A stretch of 64,000 bases of DNA from Gammaproteobacteria bacterium (GTDB lineage Bacteria > Pseudomonadota > Gammaproteobacteria > Eutrophobiales > Eutrophobiaceae), in the NCBI GenBank assembly GCA_965116495.1, contig OZ220696.1, positions 256,001 to 320,000 on the forward strand, in the 5' to 3' direction. The stretch's first letter is position 1, and every line of letters starts with the position of its first letter. A program made the translations under genes and the position numbers. This document shows, one piece after another, positions 56,125-64,000 of this stretch. The notes beneath the pieces are model-generated. The model made no database searches and was not told the origin of the DNA. It was given only the letters and a program-made list of their open reading frames with translations.

Positions 56125-58434
56125 ATGAAAAATATTGATTTTCTGGCAAAGTGGGTTGCCATACAATTATTCCGACGCTTTTCCGGCAACTTCGTACGTG
56201 CCCTGTCAATTGCGGCAGCAGGGCTGATTATCGCAACTCCATCGTATGCCCAGGGCGGTGCCTCTTTACTTGAGGAAATTATCGTAACAGCCAGAAAACG
56301 GGACGAGTCGGTGCAGAATGTCCCTATTACTATTACGGCGTGGTCCGCCGAGCAAATGGAGGCGGTTGGAATTTCTCATGCCGGCGACATTCCGTTCTAT
56401 ACACCCAATTTCACGTGGAATTCGGAATACGGGAAAACCACGCCGCAGATTTACCTGCGCGGTGTGGGAACAAATAATTTTTCTCCCATTAATACCGGTC
56501 CGGTCGCAGTATACCAGGATAATATCTATCACGGTCCAAACGTGGTTCAGGCCTTTGCAGCGTATGATCTTGATCGCGTGGAAGTGCTCAAAGGTCCGCA
56601 GGGAACCTTGTACGGTCGAAATTCTACGGCAGGGTTGGTGAATTTTATCTCCAGGAAACCTGAGATCGGCGCCGAAGCAAACGGCTACCTGAGGGCGGAG
56701 GTAGGCGAATACGAAACAACCAATTTCCAGGGGGCGGTAGGCATCCCCATTTCCGATACCGTAGCGGGACGCGCGTCTTTTGCGTTCAACAGGAACACCG
56801 GATTATGGGACAATTCGAACCCGGATTCCGGACAGGACAATGCAGGTCGATTCGACGATATCTCGGGTCGTGTTCAATTACTGATACAACCGAATGATCG
56901 CCTGTCCATACTCCTCAACGGACACTTTACTTATGCCGATCCGGATACCGAACCCTTCAAAAACATCGGTGTCGCATGTCCGCCAGGCGTCACGCCCGGC
57001 CTGACCTCTGCCGGTTCCAATTGCCCGGATTTCACGGGTTTTACCGATACGGGAGATTTTCACGAGACATTCACGACAAAGGACAAGGAGGAACTGGATG
57101 CAATCGGCGGGATTATAGATATCACGTACAATACCGGCGCATTTACTCTGACATCCATAACGGGGTTCGATTTTGTTGAACATATCCGTTTTGATGATGT
57201 GGACGGTGCGCCGACCATCAGCCTGGATGACAGCTTCGACGATGATTTCGATTACTGGAGCCAGGAAGTGCGGCTTTCGGGAGAGCATGAAAGGGTTAGC
57301 TGGCACGTCGGGGGATACTACTATTTTGAACAGAACAAGGGATATGTCACCGCCAACTTCCAGGATGTGCTCATCGCTTTGGGCGCACCGCCCGGAGGTG
57401 TCCTGTATGACCGTGCGATCGAAACAGAGAGCTACGCGGTATTCGGACAAGCGGATTACAAGGTGACGGACCAGCTTCGTATCAGTGCAGGCGTACGCTG
57501 GACGTACGAGGAAAAAACGGTTGAAAAATATGACTTTTATTTTTTTGATGATTCCAATCTGAGGGGACATATCAAGAGCGTCGACGCCATCCCGAATCCG
57601 GCGCCTGGAAACTGGCTGGTAGATCCGGTACTGGATTACGACGAACCTACCTGGCGCATTTCAGTGGACTATGCGTTTACTGAAGACCTGCTCGGTTATG
57701 CGAGTTATTCCCGCGGCATAAAGGGAAGCGAAGTAAACGGGGGCCCGGGGACGCCCAGCGACACCAACCCGATCAATCCTGAAAAACTTGATGCCTGGGA
57801 GGTCGGTATCAAGAGTGATTGGGCAGACGGACGGTTGCGCTTGAATGCGGCAGGCTTCTACTATGAATACGAGGACCAGCAGGTAAGTACTTTCATCGTC
57901 GATCCAAGCGCGGCCGGCGGGGTTCGCGCCGTACTGGATAATGCAGCAAAATCTGAAATTTACGGTGCAGAGGCCGAAATGACTTGGCGTCCTACGGATT
58001 CTTTTACCCTGTATGGCGCAGTGGGATGGACAGATGCTGAATTTGATGAATACGTATCTGCAACCGTATTGGGCGACCTGACCGGTAATCGGCCGGGATT
58101 CGTGCCGGAGTTCGAAGCAACCCTGCTGGCGAGGTATGATTTTACCCTGGGGAACGGAGGCATGTTTACTATACAGGGAGACCTGGTCCACAGGGGTGAT
58201 ATGTTTTTCCAACCTACCAACGATCCTGTGTTGGCCGAAGACGATTTTACGCTCTTTAACTTTCTTGCCAGGTACTCGTCTCCCAACGATGTGTACTCGA
58301 TCGGCCTGCGGGTGAAAAACGCGACGGACAAAAACTATCTTACCTCGGGTTTCGATGTCAGCGGTCTCGGCTTTTATGCACTCAAGGCCGGTTATCCCCG
58401 TGTAATTACCGGAGAATTTCAGTTCAATTTCTAA
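56125..58434 (+). CDS. TonB-dependent receptor
   Basis: LEEIIVTARKR, RVEVLKGPQGTLYGRN, terminal Phe. Confidence 0.95.
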   Translation: MKNIDFLAKWVAIQLFRRFSGNFVRALSIAAAGLIIATPSYAQGGASLLEEIIVTARKRDESVQNVPITITAWSAEQMEAVGISHAGDIPFYTPNFTWNSEYGKTTPQIYLRGVGTNNFSPINTGPVAVYQDNIYHGPNVVQAFAAYDLDRVEVLKGPQGTLYGRNSTAGLVNFISRKPEIGAEANGYLRAEVGEYETTNFQGAVGIPISDTVAGRASFAFNRNTGLWDNSNPDSGQDNAGRFDDISGRVQLLIQPNDRLSILLNGHFTYADPDTEPFKNIGVACPPGVTPGLTSAGSNCPDFTGFTDTGDFHETFTTKDKEELDAIGGIIDITYNTGAFTLTSITGFDFVEHIRFDDVDGAPTISLDDSFDDDFDYWSQEVRLSGEHERVSWHVGGYYYFEQNKGYVTANFQDVLIALGAPPGGVLYDRAIETESYAVFGQADYKVTDQLRISAGVRWTYEEKTVEKYDFYFFDDSNLRGHIKSVDAIPNPAPGNWLVDPVLDYDEPTWRISVDYAFTEDLLGYASYSRGIKGSEVNGGPGTPSDTNPINPEKLDAWEVGIKSDWADGRLRLNAAGFYYEYEDQQVSTFIVDPSAAGGVRAVLDNAAKSEIYGAEAEMTWRPTDSFTLYGAVGWTDAEFDEYVSATVLGDLTGNRPGFVPEFEATLLARYDFTLGNGGMFTIQGDLVHRGDMFFQPTNDPVLAEDDFTLFNFLARYSSPNDVYSIGLRVKNATDKNYLTSGFDVSGLGFYALKAGYPRVITGEFQFNF

Positions 58435-58532
58435 AGGGCCGGGTAACAGTAATCGAGGATTTTTCCGCTACCGGCATCGGCAGCATGAAATAGCTTGTTG
58501 CCCGGAGATGCAATCCGCGCCAAAGATTCCCC

Positions 58533-59717
58533 TTGCCGGTAAAACAGCATAACCACCTTGAGGTTAAAACCATCACCAGTGGTTGGCTGGTAACGGTTGC
58601 AGCGCTCATTGCCGGCACAGTAACAACACTCCCTAGTTACGGACTTCCATTCATCGTCGGCAGCCTTGCTGACGAATTCATATTAACGGGCAGCCAGGCA
58701 GGATGGGTTGGTACGGCGGTCATGGGAGGATTTGGAGCAGGCACACTGTTCACCATGTATTGGCAAAGCCGCTGGAAATGGCGTACTACCTGCCTGTTTC
58801 ATGTCTTGATTGCAGTCAGCTTCTATTTACTGATGCACATAGCTGACAGTATAGAAATCGCGTTACTGTTCCAGTTCGCCGGGGCAGCAGGACTGGGGGG
58901 TATATATGCCCTGGTATTGACTATTTTTTCCCGACACGACAATCCCGACCGCATGCTTGGAATGTTCATGTTCATACAGATCATCTTCACTTCGGGTTAC
59001 ATTCTGGCCTTATCGACCTTGATTTCGCGCTACGGTTCGTACGGGATATTCGGCAGTTTTGCCGCGATTTCATTACTCATTATCCCATGTTTATACTGGT
59101 TCCCAGCGGGAGACATTACTGACAACATAGACCGTAACCATGTGACACGTCCTAAATTACGGCTTGGGCTCGCGTCGATTTTCGCACTCGCATCCTTGCT
59201 TTTCTTTGGCTTGAATACGGCCGGTGTTGCTTCATTTATTGAGCGAATGGGCAAACATGCCGGTTTAAGCCTGGATCAAATCTCAGCCTATATTGCACTA
59301 GCCAACCTGGTAAGCATACTTGGCCCGGCCCTGGCAATCTGGTGGGGTGATCGATTTAATCGTCTGGTGCCGTTGTTCCTTGCCGTTGTTTGTAATGTCG
59401 TCGGTATGGGACTGCTGTGGAACGGCGGCGGTATATGGTTATATCCAATTGGTGCATCGTTGTTTTTCATTTCCTGGATGTTGGGTCTTCCATACATCTA
59501 TGCATCCATAGCTGCTCTTGATGCAACAAAGACGATAATGCCTATTGCGGCAGTTGTTCTGGTATTTGGCAGTACCCTCGCACCGACTGTTGCCGGATCA
59601 TTCGTTACTGAGAACACACTGAATGGCGTGAATCTGTACGCCATCGTCTGCATTCTGGTCTGTTATGCGATAATCATTCCTGCGCTGTTAACCATGAAGC
59701 CTGCCCGTTCACCCTGA
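58533..59717 (+). CDS. MFS transporter
   Basis: 394 aa hydrophobic, NPDR, SFIERMG; start codon uncertain. Confidence 0.8.
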   Translation: MPVKQHNHLEVKTITSGWLVTVAALIAGTVTTLPSYGLPFIVGSLADEFILTGSQAGWVGTAVMGGFGAGTLFTMYWQSRWKWRTTCLFHVLIAVSFYLLMHIADSIEIALLFQFAGAAGLGGIYALVLTIFSRHDNPDRMLGMFMFIQIIFTSGYILALSTLISRYGSYGIFGSFAAISLLIIPCLYWFPAGDITDNIDRNHVTRPKLRLGLASIFALASLLFFGLNTAGVASFIERMGKHAGLSLDQISAYIALANLVSILGPALAIWWGDRFNRLVPLFLAVVCNVVGMGLLWNGGGIWLYPIGASLFFISWMLGLPYIYASIAALDATKTIMPIAAVVLVFGSTLAPTVAGSFVTENTLNGVNLYAIVCILVCYAIIIPALLTMKPARSP

Positions 59718-59787
59718 TTTATTATGTTAATTCGAAGGTCATTCACCGAAATGTGTACTATCTTTCCATACAAGTGCGAGCAACGGA

Positions 59788-60357
59788 TCAGTTTTTCACG
59801 CCCTCCCAGCGCTTCACGATACCGGGTTCGATATCAAACAGGTCCAGCACGCGGCCGATACTGGCGTTGATAATGTCGTCAAGGCTCTGGGGACGGTTGT
59901 AAAACGCCGGTATGGGCGGGGCGATGATCGCTCCCAGTACCGAAGCTTCGTAGAATAACTTGCAGTGTCCCGTGTGCAACGGGGTCTCACGGGGCATGAT
60001 CACCAGGCGCCGGCGTTCCTTGAGGATCACGTCCGCGGCCCGTACCAGCAGGTTTTCTGCGTAAGAGTTTGTTATTGCCGACAGCGTCCGCATGGAACAG
60101 GGAGCGACAATCATACCGTCAGTCTTGAAAGAACCGCTGGAAATACTGGCAGCAACATCCTTTATGTTGTATGTCACGCCGGCCAATGCCTCTATGTCGG
60201 TGACGTCATGGTCCGTTTCAATACCGATATTGAGCTTGGCCGCGTTGGTCATGACCAGGTGGGTTTCAATATCCGAAATGTCTGCCAGCACTTGAACCAG
60301 CCGGATACCGTAAGGCAGGCCGCTGGCCCCGGACATGCCGATAATAATTCGTTTCAT
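59788..60357 (-). CDS. ubiX: Flavin prenyltransferase
   Basis: GMSGASG, SSGS, APCSM, RAADVILKERR, RETP, PAFY. Confidence 0.95.
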   Translation of the reverse strand: MKRIIIGMSGASGLPYGIRLVQVLADISDIETHLVMTNAAKLNIGIETDHDVTDIEALAGVTYNIKDVAASISSGSFKTDGMIVAPCSMRTLSAITNSYAENLLVRAADVILKERRRLVIMPRETPLHTGHCKLFYEASVLGAIIAPPIPAFYNRPQSLDDIINASIGRVLDLFDIEPGIVKRWEGVKN

Positions 60358-60531
60358 AGAGAATTATGTTCCCTTTTTCAGAAGGAATTTAGAGTATTCA
60401 CAAAAACCGGATAAAATCAAATGCAAAATTTTCGAACTTTTTCAACTTTTATACTATACTCCGATGATACTGATATTTTTTCAGGTATATCCCGAAATTT
60501 GTATTAACTAGCCCGAAGGGGGAGGTCTACC

Positions 60532-62667
60532 ATGGCTGCACAATTGAAAGAAACCTATTACGGCGGTTGCCCGCATGATTGTCCCGATACCTGTTCCATG
60601 GTATTCGAAGTCGAGGATGGCAAACTCACCGGTGTTCACGGCAACCCGGAACATCCCATGACGCGCGGGGGCTTGTGTGTAAAGCTCGATGATTATGAAA
60701 AACGTCACTACCATCCCGATCGCGTTCTCCACCCCTTGCGCCGGACCGGCCCGAAGGGCAGTAAACAATTCGAACGCATCTCCTGGGATGAGGCGCTCAA
60801 CGAAGTGATCAGCCGCTGGAAAGACATCATCGACGAGTATGGCACCCAGGCTATCGCCCCGTACAGTTACCTCGGGCACCAGGGACTGATACATGGTTTG
60901 AACGGCGGTGATGCCTTTTTCAACAGGCTGGGCGCCACGGTTTGTGAGCGCACCTTCTGCGGTGAGGGGTCGGCAACGGCCTGGGTATTGACCAACGGTC
61001 CCACCAGCGGCGTTGACCCGGAAAGTTTCGCTCACTCCAAGTACATCATCCTCTGGGGTTGCAACAGCGTCAGCACCAACCTGCACGCCTGGCATTTTGT
61101 CAAGGACGCCAAAGACAGAGGGGCAAAACTGATAGTGATTGACCCCTACCGTTCACGCACCGCCAGACAGGCCGACTGGCACGTGACCATACGTCCCGGC
61201 ACCGACGGCGCCCTGGCCATGGCGATGATGAATGTCATCATTGAAGAGAACCTGGTTGACCAGGACTACGTGGACAACTACACCGTCGGTTACAAGGAAC
61301 TGGCGGAGCGGGCCAGCACGCGTACGCCTGAGTGGGCTGCTGAAATCACCGGTATCCCTGCCGATGATATCCGCACCCTGGCGCGTGAATACGCCGCCAA
61401 CAACCCGGCCGCCATACGCATCGGCGTTGCCGTGGAGAGAAACTGGGGCGGCGGTCAGGCAATACGCGCCATCAGTTGCCTGCCGTCCCTGACCGGCGCC
61501 TGGCGCGAAGTGGGAGGCGGTATTTACCAGATGACGTTCTGGGAACATCCCTACAAACTGGACGTGATATCGCAACCTGAGCTTATCCCGGAAGGCACGC
61601 GGGTCATCAACAACCTGCAGATCGGCCGGGCGCTGACCGGCGAGATGGAACTGGACCCGCCCATCATGTCCCTGATGTGCTGGAACTCCAACCCGGTAAC
61701 CCAAGCGCCTGAAGGCGACAAGATCATCAAGGGACTGGAACGTGAGGACCTGTTCATGGTGTCGGCCGAGCATTTTATCTCCGATACCGCGGCCTATGCG
61801 GATATCGTCCTGCCTGCAGCCATGGGGGCGGAAATGGAGGATATCATCCTGTCCTGGGGGCACAACTACCTGACCTACAACACCAAGTGTGCCGAATTGC
61901 CCGGCGAGGTGTTATCCAACAACGAGATATTCAACCGCTTGGCCGCGCGCATGGGCTTTGAGGAAGACCGCTTCAAGTGGTCCGACAGCGAGTGCCTGGA
62001 GCATTTCGTTGACTGGGATTCACCGGCCTGTGAGGGTCTCAGCGTGGATTACCTGCGTGATAATGGTTTTGCACGCATCAAGATTGGCGAACCGCATGAG
62101 CGGGCTCCGCACAAGGAGGGTAATTTCCCGACGCCATCAGGCAAGTGCGAGTTTTTCTCGGAAGCTGCAAGCAACGGCAATTTTGTCATAGCGCCGTTCC
62201 GGCAGATGTACGAGGACATGCAACCCGGCAACAGCGAACCGCTGGATAACCTGCCGGATTATGTGCCGTCAAAGGAAGCGCCGGAGACCAACCCGGAACT
62301 GGCGGCGAAATATCCGCTGAATATCATCGCTCCCAAGAGCCACGGTTTCCTCAACTCCTGTTATGCGAATATGGAAAACAAGATCAAGCGGCAAGGTGAT
62401 CAGTTCGTGATGATCAGCGAAGCGGATGCCGAGGCACGGGGTATCAGTGAAGGAGATCAGGTGCGCGTCTTCAATGACCGGGGCGCCTTCGAAGTTGTGG
62501 CCAAGGTTACTGAGGACGTCGGATCGGGTCTGGTTGTATCATCCCTGGGCTACTGGCGGCAGTTGAACAAGGGTACCGCCAACGTCGTATCGTCCGCGGA
62601 TTTTTCCGACATGGGGCATGCCCCGAGGGTGTTCGACAGCCTGGTACAGGTCGAGCTTGCAAGTTAA
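60532..62667 (+). CDS. Cytoplasmic molybdopterin (DMSO reductase superfamily) oxidoreductase
   Basis: CPHDCPDTC..LC 4Fe-4S, ISWDEAL, TFC, RPGTDGALA, ADIVLPA; no Tat signal. Confidence 0.9.
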   Translation: MAAQLKETYYGGCPHDCPDTCSMVFEVEDGKLTGVHGNPEHPMTRGGLCVKLDDYEKRHYHPDRVLHPLRRTGPKGSKQFERISWDEALNEVISRWKDIIDEYGTQAIAPYSYLGHQGLIHGLNGGDAFFNRLGATVCERTFCGEGSATAWVLTNGPTSGVDPESFAHSKYIILWGCNSVSTNLHAWHFVKDAKDRGAKLIVIDPYRSRTARQADWHVTIRPGTDGALAMAMMNVIIEENLVDQDYVDNYTVGYKELAERASTRTPEWAAEITGIPADDIRTLAREYAANNPAAIRIGVAVERNWGGGQAIRAISCLPSLTGAWREVGGGIYQMTFWEHPYKLDVISQPELIPEGTRVINNLQIGRALTGEMELDPPIMSLMCWNSNPVTQAPEGDKIIKGLEREDLFMVSAEHFISDTAAYADIVLPAAMGAEMEDIILSWGHNYLTYNTKCAELPGEVLSNNEIFNRLAARMGFEEDRFKWSDSECLEHFVDWDSPACEGLSVDYLRDNGFARIKIGEPHERAPHKEGNFPTPSGKCEFFSEAASNGNFVIAPFRQMYEDMQPGNSEPLDNLPDYVPSKEAPETNPELAAKYPLNIIAPKSHGFLNSCYANMENKIKRQGDQFVMISEADAEARGISEGDQVRVFNDRGAFEVVAKVTEDVGSGLVVSSLGYWRQLNKGTANVVSSADFSDMGHAPRVFDSLVQVELAS

Positions 62668-62690
62668 TTTGAAGTAATATAGTCAGAATG

Positions 62691-62732
62691 GGGGCGGTAG
62701 TGATTAAACATAATCACTCCGTCCCTTTTTTT
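62691..62732 (+). terminator. Rho-independent terminator
   Basis: GGGCGGTAGTGATTA / TAATCACTCCGTCCC stem followed by a T7 run. Confidence 0.8.
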
Positions 62733-62858
62733 ATGCCTCTATCCATCACAGGGACGTGTTTCAGTGACTCCTGTGCAGGTCTTCCAATAGTCGGCATACG
62801 TGTATTACCCCTGTACGGGTTACCGTAAAGACACATGGCAGGGCTCCCGGTCGTTCCT

Positions 62859-64000
62859 TCAGGAATTTTCTCCTATCAGTTTCTTTATCGGTTTTGTAAA
62901 AAGCAACAAAAGCAGGCCGGCAAAAACGGTGATTGAAATGATCTGCAAATACAGGTTGGGCATATCGTGCAGCGACTCGGGGTCAAATCGACCCGCCACC
63001 AGCCCGGCAATAATATTGCCGAGCGCACTGCCGAGAAACCAGATACCCATCATTTGACTGACAAAGCGTTTAGGCGCCAGTTTGCTGATAGAACTCAAGC
63101 CTACCGGGCTCAGACATAGCTCGCCGGTAGTGTGTAACAGGTAGGTAAAGAACAGCCAGGTAGGCAAAACTGAGTCTCCACTGACCACTAACTTTGATGC
63201 CGCAAACATGACCAGAAAACCGATGCCAAGCTGGATCAGTCCAAGACCGAATTTTGCCGGGATCGACGGGTCCAGGTTACGCCGGCCGAGGTGCACCCAG
63301 AGCGCCGCAAAAAACGGCGCAAATATCAGGATAAACATCGGGTTCAGGCTCTGGAACCAGCCGGCGGGAATTTCAAAGCCGAATATCATCCGGTCCGTGT
63401 AGCGTTGCGCAAACAGGTTGAGAGAAGACCCGGCCTGTTCAAATCCCGACCAGAATACGGCCTCGGCAATAACCAGAATGATGATGACGGCGACACACTT
63501 CTTTTCAGTCAAACTGAGTTCACCAAACGCGTACACGGCCACAAAGTACAACGCAGCTATGCCGGCAATGATAAATGTGGACACTTTGGCGAGCGACAAG
63601 GCATCAACCGTGATGGCGCCGGCCAGGCCCATGATTGTGGTAAATGCCACCAATCCAACACCGATCCCCACCAACAGCCAACCGTATTTTGGCGGTGATT
63701 TGCTTCTCCCGTCCGGACGCTGGTAATCGGGAAAACGTGCGGCATCACCCAGGTGATGACGGGTAAGACGGAACTGGATCAAACCGACCAGCATACCGAC
63801 ACCGGCCGCGGCAAACCCGTAGTGCCAGCCAAATCGATCACTTTCGCCCAATGTGCTGCAAATGAGCGGTCCGATCATGGCGCCCAGGTTTATTCCCATA
63901 TAGAAGATCGTATAACCGGCATCCCGGGCGGAACCGCCATCGGTATACAGTTCACCTACTATGGCACTGATGTTTGGTTTCAGCAGTCCGGTGCCCAGAA
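62859..64000 (-). CDS. POT/PTR-family peptide:H+ symporter (5' part outside the window)
   Basis: GTGLLKPNIS and FTIFYMGINLG in the last 110 nt; FEQAGSSL, FQSLNP, GELCLSPVG. Confidence 0.92.
   Translation of the reverse strand, partial: LGTGLLKPNISAIVGELYTDGGSARDAGYTIFYMGINLGAMIGPLICSTLGESDRFGWHYGFAAAGVGMLVGLIQFRLTRHHLGDAARFPDYQRPDGRSKSPPKYGWLLVGIGVGLVAFTTIMGLAGAITVDALSLAKVSTFIIAGIAALYFVAVYAFGELSLTEKKCVAVIIILVIAEAVFWSGFEQAGSSLNLFAQRYTDRMIFGFEIPAGWFQSLNPMFILIFAPFFAALWVHLGRRNLDPSIPAKFGLGLIQLGIGFLVMFAASKLVVSGDSVLPTWLFFTYLLHTTGELCLSPVGLSSISKLAPKRFVSQMMGIWFLGSALGNIIAGLVAGRFDPESLHDMPNLYLQIISITVFAGLLLLLFTKPIKKLIGENS

Noticed and set aside
1-64000. Prophage, defence system, integrase/transposase, rRNA or riboswitch
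   Set aside because: No recognisable motifs; a small structured RNA could be missed without an Rfam scan

Overview
A gene-dense 64 kb chromosomal segment from a probable proteobacterium (gamma/beta-like, judged from the nuo gene set, DUF2818, psd and TonB receptors). (1) 1-19.8 kb: an uncharacterised catabolic island with a nitroreductase, an LLM oxidoreductase, four Asp/Glu/hydantoin-racemase paralogues, two M29-fold proteins with NicX-like (His + HxD) metal ligands, DUF917 plus hydantoinase/oxoprolinase, an amidohydrolase, two MFS transporters, a TonB receptor, a TPR-sulfotransferase and a 2OG-Fe(II) oxygenase. (2) 19.9-35.4 kb: a complete nuoA-N operon plus DUF2818, with four gene junctions occupied by palindromic or MITE-like elements. 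(3) 35.6-40.7 kb: psd, SCO and two ion-transporter-superfamily permeases. (4) 40.8-48.3 kb: a phenolic-catabolism cluster with a Rieske oxygenase alpha subunit, an NTF2/SnoaL-tandem CDGSH fusion, a Tat-signalled VAO/PCMH flavoprotein, a lipoprotein cytochrome c, UbiD/VdcD decarboxylase subunits and a second, catalytically degenerate flavoprotein. (5) 48.3-64 kb: HpaB-like monooxygenase, RidA, DUF1028, ArgE, LysR, M24 hydrolase, NCS1 permease, TonB receptor, MFS, UbiX, a molybdopterin oxidoreductase and a POT transporter. No rRNA, tRNA, CRISPR array or transposase was seen. Several non-autonomous repeat families are present, and some supply protein termini. All family calls come from motif recognition by eye, not database searches.
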